From contig CAVPPQ010000002.1 in assembly GCA_963707395.1 (NCBI GenBank), forward strand, positions 195,474 to 259,473: a DNA stretch of 64,000 bases, read 5' to 3'. Shown piece after piece: positions 49,359 through 58,204 of the stretch. Made by a program: the position numbers and the translations under genes. Source of the stretch: an uncultured Chloroflexia bacterium (lineage in GTDB: Bacteria; Chloroflexota; Limnocylindria; Limnocylindrales; CSP1-4). The stretch's first letter is position 1, and each line of letters opens with the position of its first letter. The notes under the pieces were generated by a model, which made no database searches, was not told where the DNA came from, and saw nothing but the letters and a program-made list of their open reading frames with translations.

Positions 49359-49801
49359 GTCGGTGCGACCGCGTCGGTCGCGGAACCCCCGTGGGTCGTG
49401 CCTGCGCCACCCGCCGCGGAGGCCGGGGCGTCCGGGCGGCCGTGGAGGGCGTGGTGCAGCGTGTTCAGGGAGAGGAGCGCGCACTTCAGCCGCGCCGGGC
49501 TGATCTCGATGCCCAGCAGGTCCAGGACGTCCTGATCGGTCAGGGCCTCGACGTCGGCCAACGGGCGGCCCTTGACCTCGTCGGTGAGCAGCGAGGCGGA
49601 GGCCTGGCTGATGGCGCAGCCGCGGCCGCTGAAGGCCACGTCGCGGACGGTGCCGTCCGCGCCGAGCGCCAGCATCATCGTGATGCGGTCGCCACAGAGC
49701 GGGTTGTTGCCCTCGTAGACGGCATCAGGCGCGTCCAGCGTGCCGAAGTTGTGGGGCTGTCGATAGTGCTCGAGGATCTCGTCGCGGTAGAGGTCGTCCA
49801 T
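49355..49801 (-). CDS. sufU: SufU/IscU-like Fe-S scaffold / sulfur acceptor
   Basis: Conserved cysteines LCGD…GRGCAISQASAS…LKC. ATGA overlap with moeZ. Confidence 0.8.
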   Translation of the reverse strand: MDDLYRDEILEHYRQPHNFGTLDAPDAVYEGNNPLCGDRITMMLALGADGTVRDVAFSGRGCAISQASASLLTDEVKGRPLADVEALTDQDVLDLLGIEISPARLKCALLSLNTLHHALHGRPDAPASAAGGAGTTHGGSATDAVAPT

Positions 49802-49839
49802 GGGAGTGTGCAGGGTACCCGATGCGGTGGGGTGGATGG

Positions 49840-51144
49840 CTAGGAGATGCTGCCGCCGCTGAGCGGGATGGCCGGCACAGGAGACACGGGCGGGCGGCCA
49901 AAGATGGCCTGCACCTTGCGCAGGCCAGCGGCCAGGCGATCGACGTCGTCACGGCCGCTGTACACGCTGAACGAGGCACGGTTGGTGGCTGGCAGCCCCA
50001 GGCGCTCGTGGAGCGGCTGCGTGCAGTGGTGCCCGGCACGGATGGCCACCGCCTCGCGGTCGAGCAGCGTGGCGACATCGTGGGGATGCGCCTCCGGCAG
50101 GGTGAAGGTGACGATGCCGGCCCGCTCGGCTGCCGTGCGCGGCCCGTGGATGCGGATGCCCGGCACCTCGCGCGGCAGCATCTCCAGCGCGTACGCGGTG
50201 AGGGCCTCCTCGTGCACGGCGACCCGCTCCATGCCGATGGCGGAGAGGTAGTCGACGGCCGCCCCCAGGCCGATGGCGGCCCCGATGTCGGGCGTGCCGG
50301 CCTCGAACTTGTGGGGGATCTCGTTGAACGTGGTGTGCCGCAGGTGCACAGAGCTGATCATCTCGCCGCCGCTCATGAAGGGCGGCATGGCCTCCAGGAT
50401 CTCGGCTCGCGCCCACAGGGCACCCGAGCCGGGGGGGCCCAGGACCTTGTGGCCGGAGAAGACGTAGAAGTCGGCGCCCAGGTCCGCCACGTCCACCGGC
50501 AGGTGCGGCACGGCCTGGGCGCCGTCCACCAGCACCAGTGCGCCGGCGTCGTGCGCCTGGCGAACCATCTCGCGGACGGGCAGCAGCGTGCCCAAGCCAT
50601 TGGACTTGTGGGTGAAGGCCACCAGCCGCGGACGCGTGCGCAGCAGGACCTCCCAGGCGTCCATGTTGAGGTGTCCCTCGGCGTCGAAGGGCACGAACTC
50701 CAGGTCGGCGTCCTTCTCCTGGGCCAGCAGCTGCCAGGGCACCAGGTTGGCGTGGTGCTCCAGCTCCGTCAGGACGATGGTGTCCGCCCGGCCGATGTTG
50801 CCCCGCCCCCAGGCGTAGGCCACCAGGTTGATGGCCTCCGTGGCGTTGCGCACGAAGACGATCTCGCGAGCATCGGGTGCGCCCAGGAAGCGGGCCACCT
50901 TCTGGCGGGCCCCCTCGTAGGCCGCCGTCGCCTCCTCGCCGATGGTGTAGATGCCGCGGTGCACGTTGGCGCTGTAGCGGCTGTGGTAAGCGTCCACCGC
51001 CTCGATGACCGAGCGCGGCTTGAGGGCCGTGGCAGCGCTGTCCAGGTAGGCCAGTCGCCGCCCACCGAAGTCGCGCTCGAAGATCGGAAAGTCGCGGCGG
51101 ACGACGTCCGGGTCGAGCGGGGGTTGGTCGTGCACGGGTGCCAT
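49840..51144 (-). CDS. sufS: cysteine desulfurase, SufS (class II)
   Basis: PLP lysine FSGHKVLGP, active-site Cys region RAGHHCTQPL. 434 aa. Confidence 0.9.
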   Translation of the reverse strand: MAPVHDQPPLDPDVVRRDFPIFERDFGGRRLAYLDSAATALKPRSVIEAVDAYHSRYSANVHRGIYTIGEEATAAYEGARQKVARFLGAPDAREIVFVRNATEAINLVAYAWGRGNIGRADTIVLTELEHHANLVPWQLLAQEKDADLEFVPFDAEGHLNMDAWEVLLRTRPRLVAFTHKSNGLGTLLPVREMVRQAHDAGALVLVDGAQAVPHLPVDVADLGADFYVFSGHKVLGPPGSGALWARAEILEAMPPFMSGGEMISSVHLRHTTFNEIPHKFEAGTPDIGAAIGLGAAVDYLSAIGMERVAVHEEALTAYALEMLPREVPGIRIHGPRTAAERAGIVTFTLPEAHPHDVATLLDREAVAIRAGHHCTQPLHERLGLPATNRASFSVYSGRDDVDRLAAGLRKVQAIFGRPPVSPVPAIPLSGGSIS

Positions 51145-51173
51145 GTCGGGTTCGGGTCGAGTGCCCGGCGCCG

Positions 51174-52142
51174 TCAGCCCGCCTGGACCTCGAGGTGCTC
51201 CACCTCGGGGTCCTCGTCGAGTGCGTCGATGTCGAAGCCGGCCTCGCGCAGGATGGGCGCGTAACCCTCGTCCTCCAGCCGCAGGGCCAGGTCCTTGCCG
51301 CCCGAGGCGATGATGCGGCCGTGCGCCAGGACGTGGACGAGGTCAGGCTGGATGTAGTTGAGCAGGCGCTGGTAGTGGGTGATGAGGAGCACGCCCAGGT
51401 CCGGGCTGAGCTGGGCGTTGACGCCCTCGGCCACGATGCGCAGCGCATCGATGTCGAGACCCGAATCGGTCTCGTCGAGGATCGCGAACTCCGGCTCCAG
51501 GATGGCCATCTGGAGCATCTCCAGGCGCTTCTTCTCGCCGCCGGAGAAGCCCTCGTTGACGTACCGACCAGCGAACGAGTCGTCCAGCTTGAGTAGCGCC
51601 ATCTTGTCGCGCAGGAGTCGGCGGAAGTCGGCCATCTTGATGCCGCCCCGGGTCGGGTCGGACGGATCGATCTCGCCGTCGCCGCCCTCCAGCCCCCGTC
51701 GGCGCGCATTGAGCGCGGTGCGCAGGAAGGAGGCCACGGAGAGCCCGGGCACGGCCGTGGGGTACTGGAAGGCCAGGAAGAGGCCCAGGCGGGCGCGCTT
51801 GTCCGGGCTGAGCTGGAGGATGTCGTGGCCCTTCCAGATGACCTCGCCCTGCGTCACCTGGTAGGCGGGGTGGCCCATGAGGGCGTAGGCGAGGGTCGTC
51901 TTGCCCGAGCCGTTGCGGCCCATGATGGCGTGGACCTCGCCCTTGCGGACCTCCAGGTCGATGCCGCGCAGGATCTCGCGCGTGGGGTCAGCCGAGGGGA
52001 CGACGTGCAGATCCCGGATGAGGAGGACGCGGTCGGCATCGGTGGCCGAAGCGCGCTCGGCAGCTGAGGCGCTCTCGGCGGCAGTGGCGGGGCTGGTGCT
52101 GGCCTGGGGATCTCCGGGCAGCGTGGCAGTGTCGCGGTTCAT
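51174..52142 (-). CDS. sufC: Fe-S cluster assembly ATPase SufC (with ~50-aa N-terminal extension)
   Basis: Walker A GRNGSGKTT, signature FSGGEKKR, Walker B ILDETDSGLD, H-loop ITHYQR; close to canonical SufC. Confidence 0.85.
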   Translation of the reverse strand: MNRDTATLPGDPQASTSPATAAESASAAERASATDADRVLLIRDLHVVPSADPTREILRGIDLEVRKGEVHAIMGRNGSGKTTLAYALMGHPAYQVTQGEVIWKGHDILQLSPDKRARLGLFLAFQYPTAVPGLSVASFLRTALNARRRGLEGGDGEIDPSDPTRGGIKMADFRRLLRDKMALLKLDDSFAGRYVNEGFSGGEKKRLEMLQMAILEPEFAILDETDSGLDIDALRIVAEGVNAQLSPDLGVLLITHYQRLLNYIQPDLVHVLAHGRIIASGGKDLALRLEDEGYAPILREAGFDIDALDEDPEVEHLEVQAG

Positions 52143-52708
52143 GGCTGGACGATGGGCTCCTTGGCGGGACGGTCGGGGAGTGGTCGGACGGTCACGAGGA
52201 CCGCGTCATCTTGACCCGGCCGAGTGTCGCGGCCGGACGTCGGCGGGTGCGAGGGGTGCCCAGCTCCGGGCAGGGTGAGCTCTGCCAGGGAGGTGGACTC
52301 CAGCGCCTGCACGACGGCGTCGCGGACGCGACGCCAGAGCAGATCGACCGTGCAGAACCCGCCCCGGGAGCAGAGTTCGCCGGGGTGCGCGTCCCCGCTG
52401 GCACAGATCATCGGCGCGATGGGACCCTCGAGCGCGGTCACGACCTCCGCCATGTGGATGCGCGAGGGGTGCCGCGCGAGCTCGTAGCCGCCGTGCGCGC
52501 CGCGGGTGCTGGTGACCAAGCCGGCCTCGCGCAGGCTGACCACCAGCTGCTCCAGGTAGGGGCGCGGCAAGTCCTCGTGCTCAGCCATCTCCGAAAGGCT
52601 GACGGGGCCGCTGCCGTGGTGGCGCGCCAGCTCCACCATGAGGCGCACGCCGTACTCCCCACGCGTGGAGAAGTGGAGGGCTCCCGATGGCGGGGCGGTG
52701 GTGCGCAC
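52139..52708 (-). CDS. Rrf2 family transcriptional regulator (IscR/SufR-like) with C-terminal extension
   Basis: HTH STRGEYGVRLMVELARHH…VSLSEMAEHEDLPRPYLEQL. GTG start. ATGA overlap with sufC. Confidence 0.8.
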   Translation of the reverse strand: MRTTAPPSGALHFSTRGEYGVRLMVELARHHGSGPVSLSEMAEHEDLPRPYLEQLVVSLREAGLVTSTRGAHGGYELARHPSRIHMAEVVTALEGPIAPMICASGDAHPGELCSRGGFCTVDLLWRRVRDAVVQALESTSLAELTLPGAGHPSHPPTSGRDTRPGQDDAVLVTVRPLPDRPAKEPIVQP

Positions 52709-52760
52709 GAAGGTCTCCTGGGCCGGGCCGATGCGTCGCCGCGACCTGCGGCGCCGGCGA

Positions 52761-52787
52761 ATAATCCCGACTGATTTCGTCAGGATT
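52761..52787 (-). promoter_or_regulatory. putative Rrf2/IscR-type operator (imperfect palindrome ATAATCCCGACTGATTTCGTCAGGATT) upstream of the Rrf2-suf-cysO operon
   Basis: About 55 nt upstream of the Rrf2 start. Resembles IscR type-1 box ATASYYGACTRwwwYAGTCRRSTAT. Confidence 0.3.
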
Positions 52788-52867
52788 GAGTCTAGCCCGC
52801 GGGCCGGACCTCGTCAACGTGGGCGCCTGCCGCTGTCACGGACCGGGCACAGCCGGCGCGTGTGTGG

Positions 52868-53398
52868 TCAGCTGGGGCGTTGTGCCCGTTGCGCGACCCT
52901 GATCTCGTGACGACGCGGGGTGCGCCCATCCACGGACGCGCGCAGCACCACCTGCCCCTCCGCGGGGATGGCCACCGGGATGTTGAAGGCCATCGGCACC
53001 AGCATGTCCATGCCGGCCATGCCGGGCGGGCGGCCCGTCGTCAACTTCGCCTCGAAGCCGACCAGGCGCTGCTCGTCCTGCTGCATCTCGACCGCCACCG
53101 TGTGCTCGTCGTCGGTGTGGGCGAACGGGATGCGCACGCCAAGGGCGATGCCCACGATCATGCGGTGCGGGAAGGCGGACGGCTGGATGCGGTCCCAGGC
53201 GGCACCCATGAGGTAGAGCTTGCCGTTGACGACCTCGGCCCGGTCAGCCACCAGGAGATAGTCGATCTCCGGCTTGCGAGCGAAGGTCGCCTCGGCCGCT
53301 TCCAGGGCGCCCTCCAGCCCATCGGCCGCCTGCGGCTCTCCTGGCGCGTCGGGATCGGGTGTCTGCGCGGGGTCGGGTGTCTGCGCGGGATCGGTCAC
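52868..53398 (-). CDS. hypothetical protein (176 aa, acidic Pro/Ala-rich N-terminus)
   Basis: Overlaps upstream DUF4389 gene by 4 nt. No motif recognised. Confidence 0.45.
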   Translation of the reverse strand: MTDPAQTPDPAQTPDPDAPGEPQAADGLEGALEAAEATFARKPEIDYLLVADRAEVVNGKLYLMGAAWDRIQPSAFPHRMIVGIALGVRIPFAHTDDEHTVAVEMQQDEQRLVGFEAKLTTGRPPGMAGMDMLVPMAFNIPVAIPAEGQVVLRASVDGRTPRRHEIRVAQRAQRPS

Positions 53399-54318
53399 AG
53401 TCGCGGGTCGTCCTCTCCGAGCGAGAAGGGCGGGTAGCGGTCGACCATCAGGAGCTGATAGGCGAGGACCCGGAAATACCAGCGGTTGTAGCCGCCGACG
53501 ATGGTGTAGATGACATCCGCCTGGTGGCCCGTGAAGAGGACCGGCACCCAGGTGAACCAGATGAGGAACATGGCCAGGATGTTCAGGAACGAGAGCACGA
53601 TGTAGTGCGGGATGAGGATGATGAAGCGCACCCAGATGCCGATGAGCGGGATGCCCCAGAGGCGGTTGATGCGCACGCCCTCGTCGAAGCGCACCGTGAC
53701 TGGGTGCTCCTCGCCGGAGAGGGAGAAGGGCGGATAGGTCGGTGTCAGCAGCTCAAGGTAGGCCTGCACGCGGACCAACCAGCCCATCAGGCCACCGATC
53801 CAGCGGTAGCCCCAGCCCGGGAAGCGGCCCAGGATGAGCACGGGGATCCAGGTCACGAGGCTGAGCAGAGCGGCCACGATGGCGATGAGCGCCAACAGGA
53901 TGAAGTGCGGGATGAGCAGGATGGTGCGGACGAGGATGCCGACGATCGGGATCCCCCAGAGCCGGTTGATCCGAGCGAGGCGGTCGTACGAGATGTTGAC
54001 CGGGTAGGCGTCAGGGGCAAGGGGGTAGGCCGGGGGCGGCTGCCAGACCGGCTCAGGCGGGAGATAGCCTGGGGGCTGGTAGCCGGGCGGAGGCAGCGGG
54101 TAACCGGGCGGAGGCGGCGGGTAGCCGCCGGCGGGCGGGTAGCCGGGCGGAGGCGGCGGGGCGTAGCCGCCAGGGGGCGGCGGGTAGCCACCAGGGGGCG
54201 GCGGGTAGCCACCAGGCTGGGAGTAGCCCGGGGGCGGCGCCTGCCACGGCGATGGCTGCTGGCCTTCACTCCATCGCGGATCCTGCGGAGTCGCGGGGCC
54301 CTGGGATTCCCACGTCAT
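53395..54318 (-). CDS. DUF4389 domain membrane protein (two tandem DUF4389 repeats) with Pro/Gly/Tyr-rich N-terminal repeat region
   Basis: Two copies of R(I/L)NRLWGIP…IPH(F/Y)I(L/V)L…YPPFSL. N-terminus has (GGYPPPP)n. Confidence 0.7.
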   Translation of the reverse strand: MTWESQGPATPQDPRWSEGQQPSPWQAPPPGYSQPGGYPPPPGGYPPPPGGYAPPPPPGYPPAGGYPPPPPGYPLPPPGYQPPGYLPPEPVWQPPPAYPLAPDAYPVNISYDRLARINRLWGIPIVGILVRTILLIPHFILLALIAIVAALLSLVTWIPVLILGRFPGWGYRWIGGLMGWLVRVQAYLELLTPTYPPFSLSGEEHPVTVRFDEGVRINRLWGIPLIGIWVRFIILIPHYIVLSFLNILAMFLIWFTWVPVLFTGHQADVIYTIVGGYNRWYFRVLAYQLLMVDRYPPFSLGEDDPRL

Positions 54319-54429
54319 GTCACGACCTCGATGTGGTCTGAACGTCCCTCACAGCGTACACGCATCCCGACCCCTCGGACGCGAGCCGGCCGCCGGAGGC
54401 CCGGCGGGACACGGCGGCCTGGACGCGGA

Positions 54430-55209
54430 TCAGCGGCTGCTGCCGAAGATCCGGAGCATGAAGAGGAAGAGGTTGACGAAGTCGAGGTACAGCGTCAGCG
54501 CGCCCAGGACGGTGGCCGAGTCCTTGTTGATGCCCGGGAGGGCGCCATTCTTGAGGCGCTGCACGTCCCAGGCCGTGAGGCCCGTGAAGATGCCCACGCC
54601 CAGGAGGCCGATGAGCAGGCTGGCCATGCTGCTGTCCGCGAAGAAGAAGATCTGCAGGAACATGACCACGATGAGCCCGATGAGGCCCATGAAGAGGATG
54701 CCGCCGAGGCTGGTCAGGTCGCGCTTGGTGACCACGCCGTAGAGCGCCGCGCCGCCGAAGATGCCGGCCGCGCCTGCGAAGGCCGAGACGACGCCGGAGA
54801 TGCCGATGGTGCCGACGTAGGCGAGCACGATGACGCCCAGCGTCAGGCCCATCGTCAAGGCGTAGATGAAGAAGAGGCCCAGGGCCACGATGGGCGAGAT
54901 GCGCGCGATGAGGAAGCTGATGGCCATGACCAGGCCGAGCTGGGCGATGAACAGCAGCAGCCAGAGGTCCTGGACCTGATCCATGAGCTGCTCGTTGCCC
55001 ATCACGAAGGCGGCGGAGACAGCCGACAGCAGCACGCCCACGAACATCCAGACGAAGCTGCCCGTCAGGAAGCCCTCCCGGGGCGCGGTGGCCACGATGG
55101 GCTGGCCTCGCACGAGGCCGGAGGCTGCGGGTGTCCCGGCGCTCACCTGGTTGGAGGGCGACTGGGCGCGGTTCAGGGGATCGATGTCGTTGGCGGGCAC
55201 GGTCCTCAT
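54430..55209 (-). CDS. Bax inhibitor-1/YccA family membrane protein
   Basis: 7-TM, BI-1-like pattern with a charged C-terminus. Confidence 0.75.
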   Translation of the reverse strand: MRTVPANDIDPLNRAQSPSNQVSAGTPAASGLVRGQPIVATAPREGFLTGSFVWMFVGVLLSAVSAAFVMGNEQLMDQVQDLWLLLFIAQLGLVMAISFLIARISPIVALGLFFIYALTMGLTLGVIVLAYVGTIGISGVVSAFAGAAGIFGGAALYGVVTKRDLTSLGGILFMGLIGLIVVMFLQIFFFADSSMASLLIGLLGVGIFTGLTAWDVQRLKNGALPGINKDSATVLGALTLYLDFVNLFLFMLRIFGSSR

Positions 55210-55309
55210 TCCTTTCAGGGGCGCCCGTCACGGGCGTCGTGACTCACAGTCTAGCGAGCGCTCCATGACGAGCCTGCGACACCCAGGCGAGCCCATGACG
55301 CAGGGTGGG

Positions 55310-55954
55310 TCAGGCGGACGTGGACCCGCGCGACGACTCGGCGGCAGCGCCCTCGGCCTGCTCGGCGAGGCGCGCGAGCACCCACAGCAGGTCGGCCAGG
55401 CGGTTGAGGTAGGGCATCAGCCAGGCGCCCGGTACGAGGCGGTCGTGGTCGAGCGCGATGACGCGTCGCTCGGCACGCCGCACCACGGTGCGGCTCACCT
55501 CGAGCGCGGCGGAGAGACGGCTGGCGCCCGGCACGATGAACTCGCGGGGCATCTCCACCGCCTCCTCGGCGGCGCGAAGCCGGTCCTCGAGGGCGATCAG
55601 CATGGCCTCGTCGACGCGGGTCTCGCCATCACGCAGGCGATCCCAGGCATCGGGATTGGTGGCCAGCTCCGCACCGGCCACGAAGAGGTCGCGCTGCAGC
55701 GAGAGGATCGTGTGACCAAGGTCCTCGAGGGCGGACGGCTGCCGGCCTGCGGCACGCATGACGTCCAGCTCAGCCCGGGCCAGGCCAAGGCAGGCCACGG
55801 CTTCGTCGATGGTCCCGTAGGCCTCCGCGCGGGCGTCGTCCTTGGCGATGCGGCCGCCATAGAGCAGGCCCGTCGTGCCATCGTCACCCTTACCCGTGGC
55901 GACGGCGCTGCCCGCGATGCGGACGCGGGACGGTCGCGGGTCGGTGCCGCTCAC
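55310..55954 (-). CDS. ATP:cob(I)alamin adenosyltransferase, PduO-type
   Basis: TGKGDDGTT P-loop-like motif diagnostic of PduO/MMAB. Confidence 0.8.
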   Translation of the reverse strand: MSGTDPRPSRVRIAGSAVATGKGDDGTTGLLYGGRIAKDDARAEAYGTIDEAVACLGLARAELDVMRAAGRQPSALEDLGHTILSLQRDLFVAGAELATNPDAWDRLRDGETRVDEAMLIALEDRLRAAEEAVEMPREFIVPGASRLSAALEVSRTVVRRAERRVIALDHDRLVPGAWLMPYLNRLADLLWVLARLAEQAEGAAAESSRGSTSA

Positions 55955-56304
55955 CAGGTCAGGCCGGCGTCCCGCGGGTCCCAGCGCTCAGCGAGCAGGG
56001 TGACCTTGACGTCGTGGCCCTCGGCCTCCTCGGCTGCCTCCTTGACCTGCTGGATCATGGAACCAGCGTAGGGGCAGAAAGGCGTCGTGAGGATCATCTT
56101 GATCTCGGTCAGCTCGTCGCCAAGGATGACCTGCCTGATGAGCGCCAGCTCCACCACGTTCATGCCGATCTCTGGATCGACCACGGCCCGCAGAGCGTCC
56201 AGGACGGCCAGCTCGCGGGAGCGTGCCACGGGGTCGAAGGCCGGCGCGGCGGAGGGGGCGATGGTCGGGCCGAGGGCGTCCTCGGAAAGCGTCTGGTCGG
56301 ACAT
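55951..56304 (-). CDS. DUF59/MIP18-family Fe-S assembly protein (SufT-like)
   Basis: VVDPEIGMNVVELALI and conserved Cys in TTPFCPY. Confidence 0.7.
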   Translation of the reverse strand: MSDQTLSEDALGPTIAPSAAPAFDPVARSRELAVLDALRAVVDPEIGMNVVELALIRQVILGDELTEIKMILTTPFCPYAGSMIQQVKEAAEEAEGHDVKVTLLAERWDPRDAGLTW

Positions 56305-56360
56305 CGTCGGGCCATCCTACACCGGGCTCCGAAGTGGGCCCTCCAAAGGCAAGTCCCGGG

Positions 56361-56708
56361 CTACGTGTTCGAGGCGGCGCCCTCGGCCGTCAGGGGTGCC
56401 TCGACCATGCCCAGCACAGTCCGCAGGTGGTCCGGCAGCCCGGCGGCGTCAGCGGGCGAGAAGCCCGGCCCCTGGAGGGCCCCGTCCGGCCCCAGCAGAC
56501 CGGCGTAGCGCTCCGGATGCTCGGCGGCATATCGGAAGGCCTCGGCGATGCCGACCCGGCGCAGCTCAGGGTGCTCGGCCAGCATGTCAGCCGGGGTGAG
56601 GCCGTGCACCCGCATCTCCAGCAGGTTGCGCACGGTCAGCCGCGTGCCGTAGCAGAAGGGCTCGCCGTTCATGACCAAGGGGTCCGACTTGACCCACTTG
56701 ATGGTCAT
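56361..56708 (-). CDS. DUF433 domain protein
   Basis: DUF433 core MNGEPFCYGTRLTVRNLLE…G…P. 115 aa. Confidence 0.6.
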   Translation of the reverse strand: MTIKWVKSDPLVMNGEPFCYGTRLTVRNLLEMRVHGLTPADMLAEHPELRRVGIAEAFRYAAEHPERYAGLLGPDGALQGPGFSPADAAGLPDHLRTVLGMVEAPLTAEGAASNT

Positions 56709-57208
56709 CAGACGACCGTGTCGTCGCCGAGGCCGGCGCCCTTCCAGATGAAGCGGACGGCGCGGTGGCCGGCGTGATCGCCCGCCAGTCGGCGGTGGCG
56801 GCGCAGGCAGGTGATCCAGGCCGCCACGGGCGCTCGGATGATCTCTGCGTCCGACGACGGACCGGAGGCCACGGCGGCCTCCTCCAGGCCGCGCAGGAGG
56901 GAGACGACGTCGTTCATGCGCACCTTCCGGCGGCGGTAGCTGGGCACGAGGTCCTCTCCATAGACGACCACGTAGCGATCCTCCCCGGTGGACACCGCCC
57001 GTGCCAACTGCTCGATGTGGCGCTCGTAGTCGCGCAGGAAGCGGCGCAGCATGAGGTCGTCATAGCGGTCGCGCAGCGTGGGGTCCACGCGCAGCGCGGC
57101 TTCCAGCGCCAGGGTCGGCAGGCGTTCCGCGGCGCGCAGGCGCGCCGCGACGGCCGGGTGGCCAGCGCCGTGATCCGAAGGCGGTAGTCCGAGAGCGGGG
57201 TGCGGCAT
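56708..57208 (-). CDS. hypothetical protein (166 aa) cotranscribed with DUF433 gene
   Basis: ATGA overlap with the DUF433 start. Not a recognisable PIN/DUF5615 domain. Confidence 0.4.
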   Translation of the reverse strand: MPHPALGLPPSDHGAGHPAVAARLRAAERLPTLALEAALRVDPTLRDRYDDLMLRRFLRDYERHIEQLARAVSTGEDRYVVVYGEDLVPSYRRRKVRMNDVVSLLRGLEEAAVASGPSSDAEIIRAPVAAWITCLRRHRRLAGDHAGHRAVRFIWKGAGLGDDTVV

Positions 57209-57262
57209 CGACGGGCCCAAGTCTAGCGACTGCCGAGCGGGCGGCGCAGCTACAGTGACGAC

Positions 57263-57769
57263 GTGAGCGAACCTGGAGAGCGACGCGTGCCGAGCACGAC
57301 CGGGCCGACCGGCGAGGCCGGGCGCGGCTGGGGCGCGCCGCAGGGCAGGGACCGTGGCCGACCGCCGCCCTCGCTGACCGCGACGCTGCTCCTTGCCGTC
57401 GGCGTGGTCCTGCTGACCGCCACGGCCTGGGCCCTGCTGCGCGGCATCCTCGAGCTGGGCTTCACGGCCCTGGCCGTCTGTGCGTTGGGAGGCTGGGGCA
57501 TCGGGGCCATCCTGCGCCAGTCGCGTCAACCTGTCCTCCTGGCCGTGCTCTTGGGCGGGGCGGCCTGGGTCCTGGGCCTCGTCTTCAGCTGGCTGCTCGC
57601 CATGGCCCTGCTGCCGGGCTCCAGCCGCACGTTCGTCGAACGCCTTCAGGGCACGCCCTTCCTCGAGTGGTTGAGTCCGCAGCTCGGGCTCGTGGAGGTT
57701 GCCGCCCTGCTCGTGACCGTGGCCGCGGCAGCCTACGGCGCGCGCCCGTCCGCCAGACCCGCCGACTGA
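57263..57769 (+). CDS. membrane protein, unknown function
   Basis: 168 aa, 4 TM, Arg/Gly-rich N-terminus. Confidence 0.4.
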   Translation: MSEPGERRVPSTTGPTGEAGRGWGAPQGRDRGRPPPSLTATLLLAVGVVLLTATAWALLRGILELGFTALAVCALGGWGIGAILRQSRQPVLLAVLLGGAAWVLGLVFSWLLAMALLPGSSRTFVERLQGTPFLEWLSPQLGLVEVAALLVTVAAAAYGARPSARPAD

Positions 57770-57844
57770 TCCGCCCGCGAGACCCTGCGCTGCTCCCCGG
57801 GGGCGCGAGCGCCCGCCAACCCCCGAGGTTGACTCGCCGGACCG

Positions 57845-58204
57845 TCAGCCGTCGCCGACCGTGTCCTGCCCGACGAAGGGCATGCCATCCTCCTCGACGG
57901 CCCTGAGGCTCATGCGCAGGGCCGCCGACTTGGCGGCGGCGACCTGTCGGACGTAGGCTGCCTCTTCTTCGGCCGTCATGGCCCGTCCGCGGACGGCATC
58001 GGCCGGGCGGCCCACCATGAGCCACGCGAGGTGGTAGCGGTCCATCGACCCCCAGGCCTGCCGAAGCAGATCGTCGGAGACGGCGATCCAGGTGCGCAGG
58101 GCACCCAGCGACGGGCGGGCCTCCAGCCGCTCACCCTCGGTCAGCAGCCGGCGGACCTGGCGCACGTACTCATCGCGGGTCACGTCCCTATCATCGGCTG
58201 ACAT
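57845..58204 (-). CDS. hypothetical protein (119 aa)
   Basis: Start MSADDRD. The longer 196-aa version of the ORF would overlap the beta-lactamase-like gene. Confidence 0.4.
   Translation of the reverse strand: MSADDRDVTRDEYVRQVRRLLTEGERLEARPSLGALRTWIAVSDDLLRQAWGSMDRYHLAWLMVGRPADAVRGRAMTAEEEAAYVRQVAAAKSAALRMSLRAVEEDGMPFVGQDTVGDG

Noticed and set aside
47899-49410. 503-aa ORF apparently spanning CysO and beyond
   Set aside because: Only the last 91 codons (CysO) are credible. The upstream part is the out-of-frame shadow of the moeZ gene. The internal ATG with ATGA coupling gives the real CysO start.
49949-51709. 586-aa minus-strand ORF across sufS/sufC
   Set aside because: Overlaps SufS in another frame. 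SufS and SufC are strongly supported by motifs.
53359-55242. 627-aa plus-strand ORF rich in D/E/R/H
   Set aside because: Antisense to the DUF4389 and BI-1 genes. Low-complexity charged sequence with no domain.
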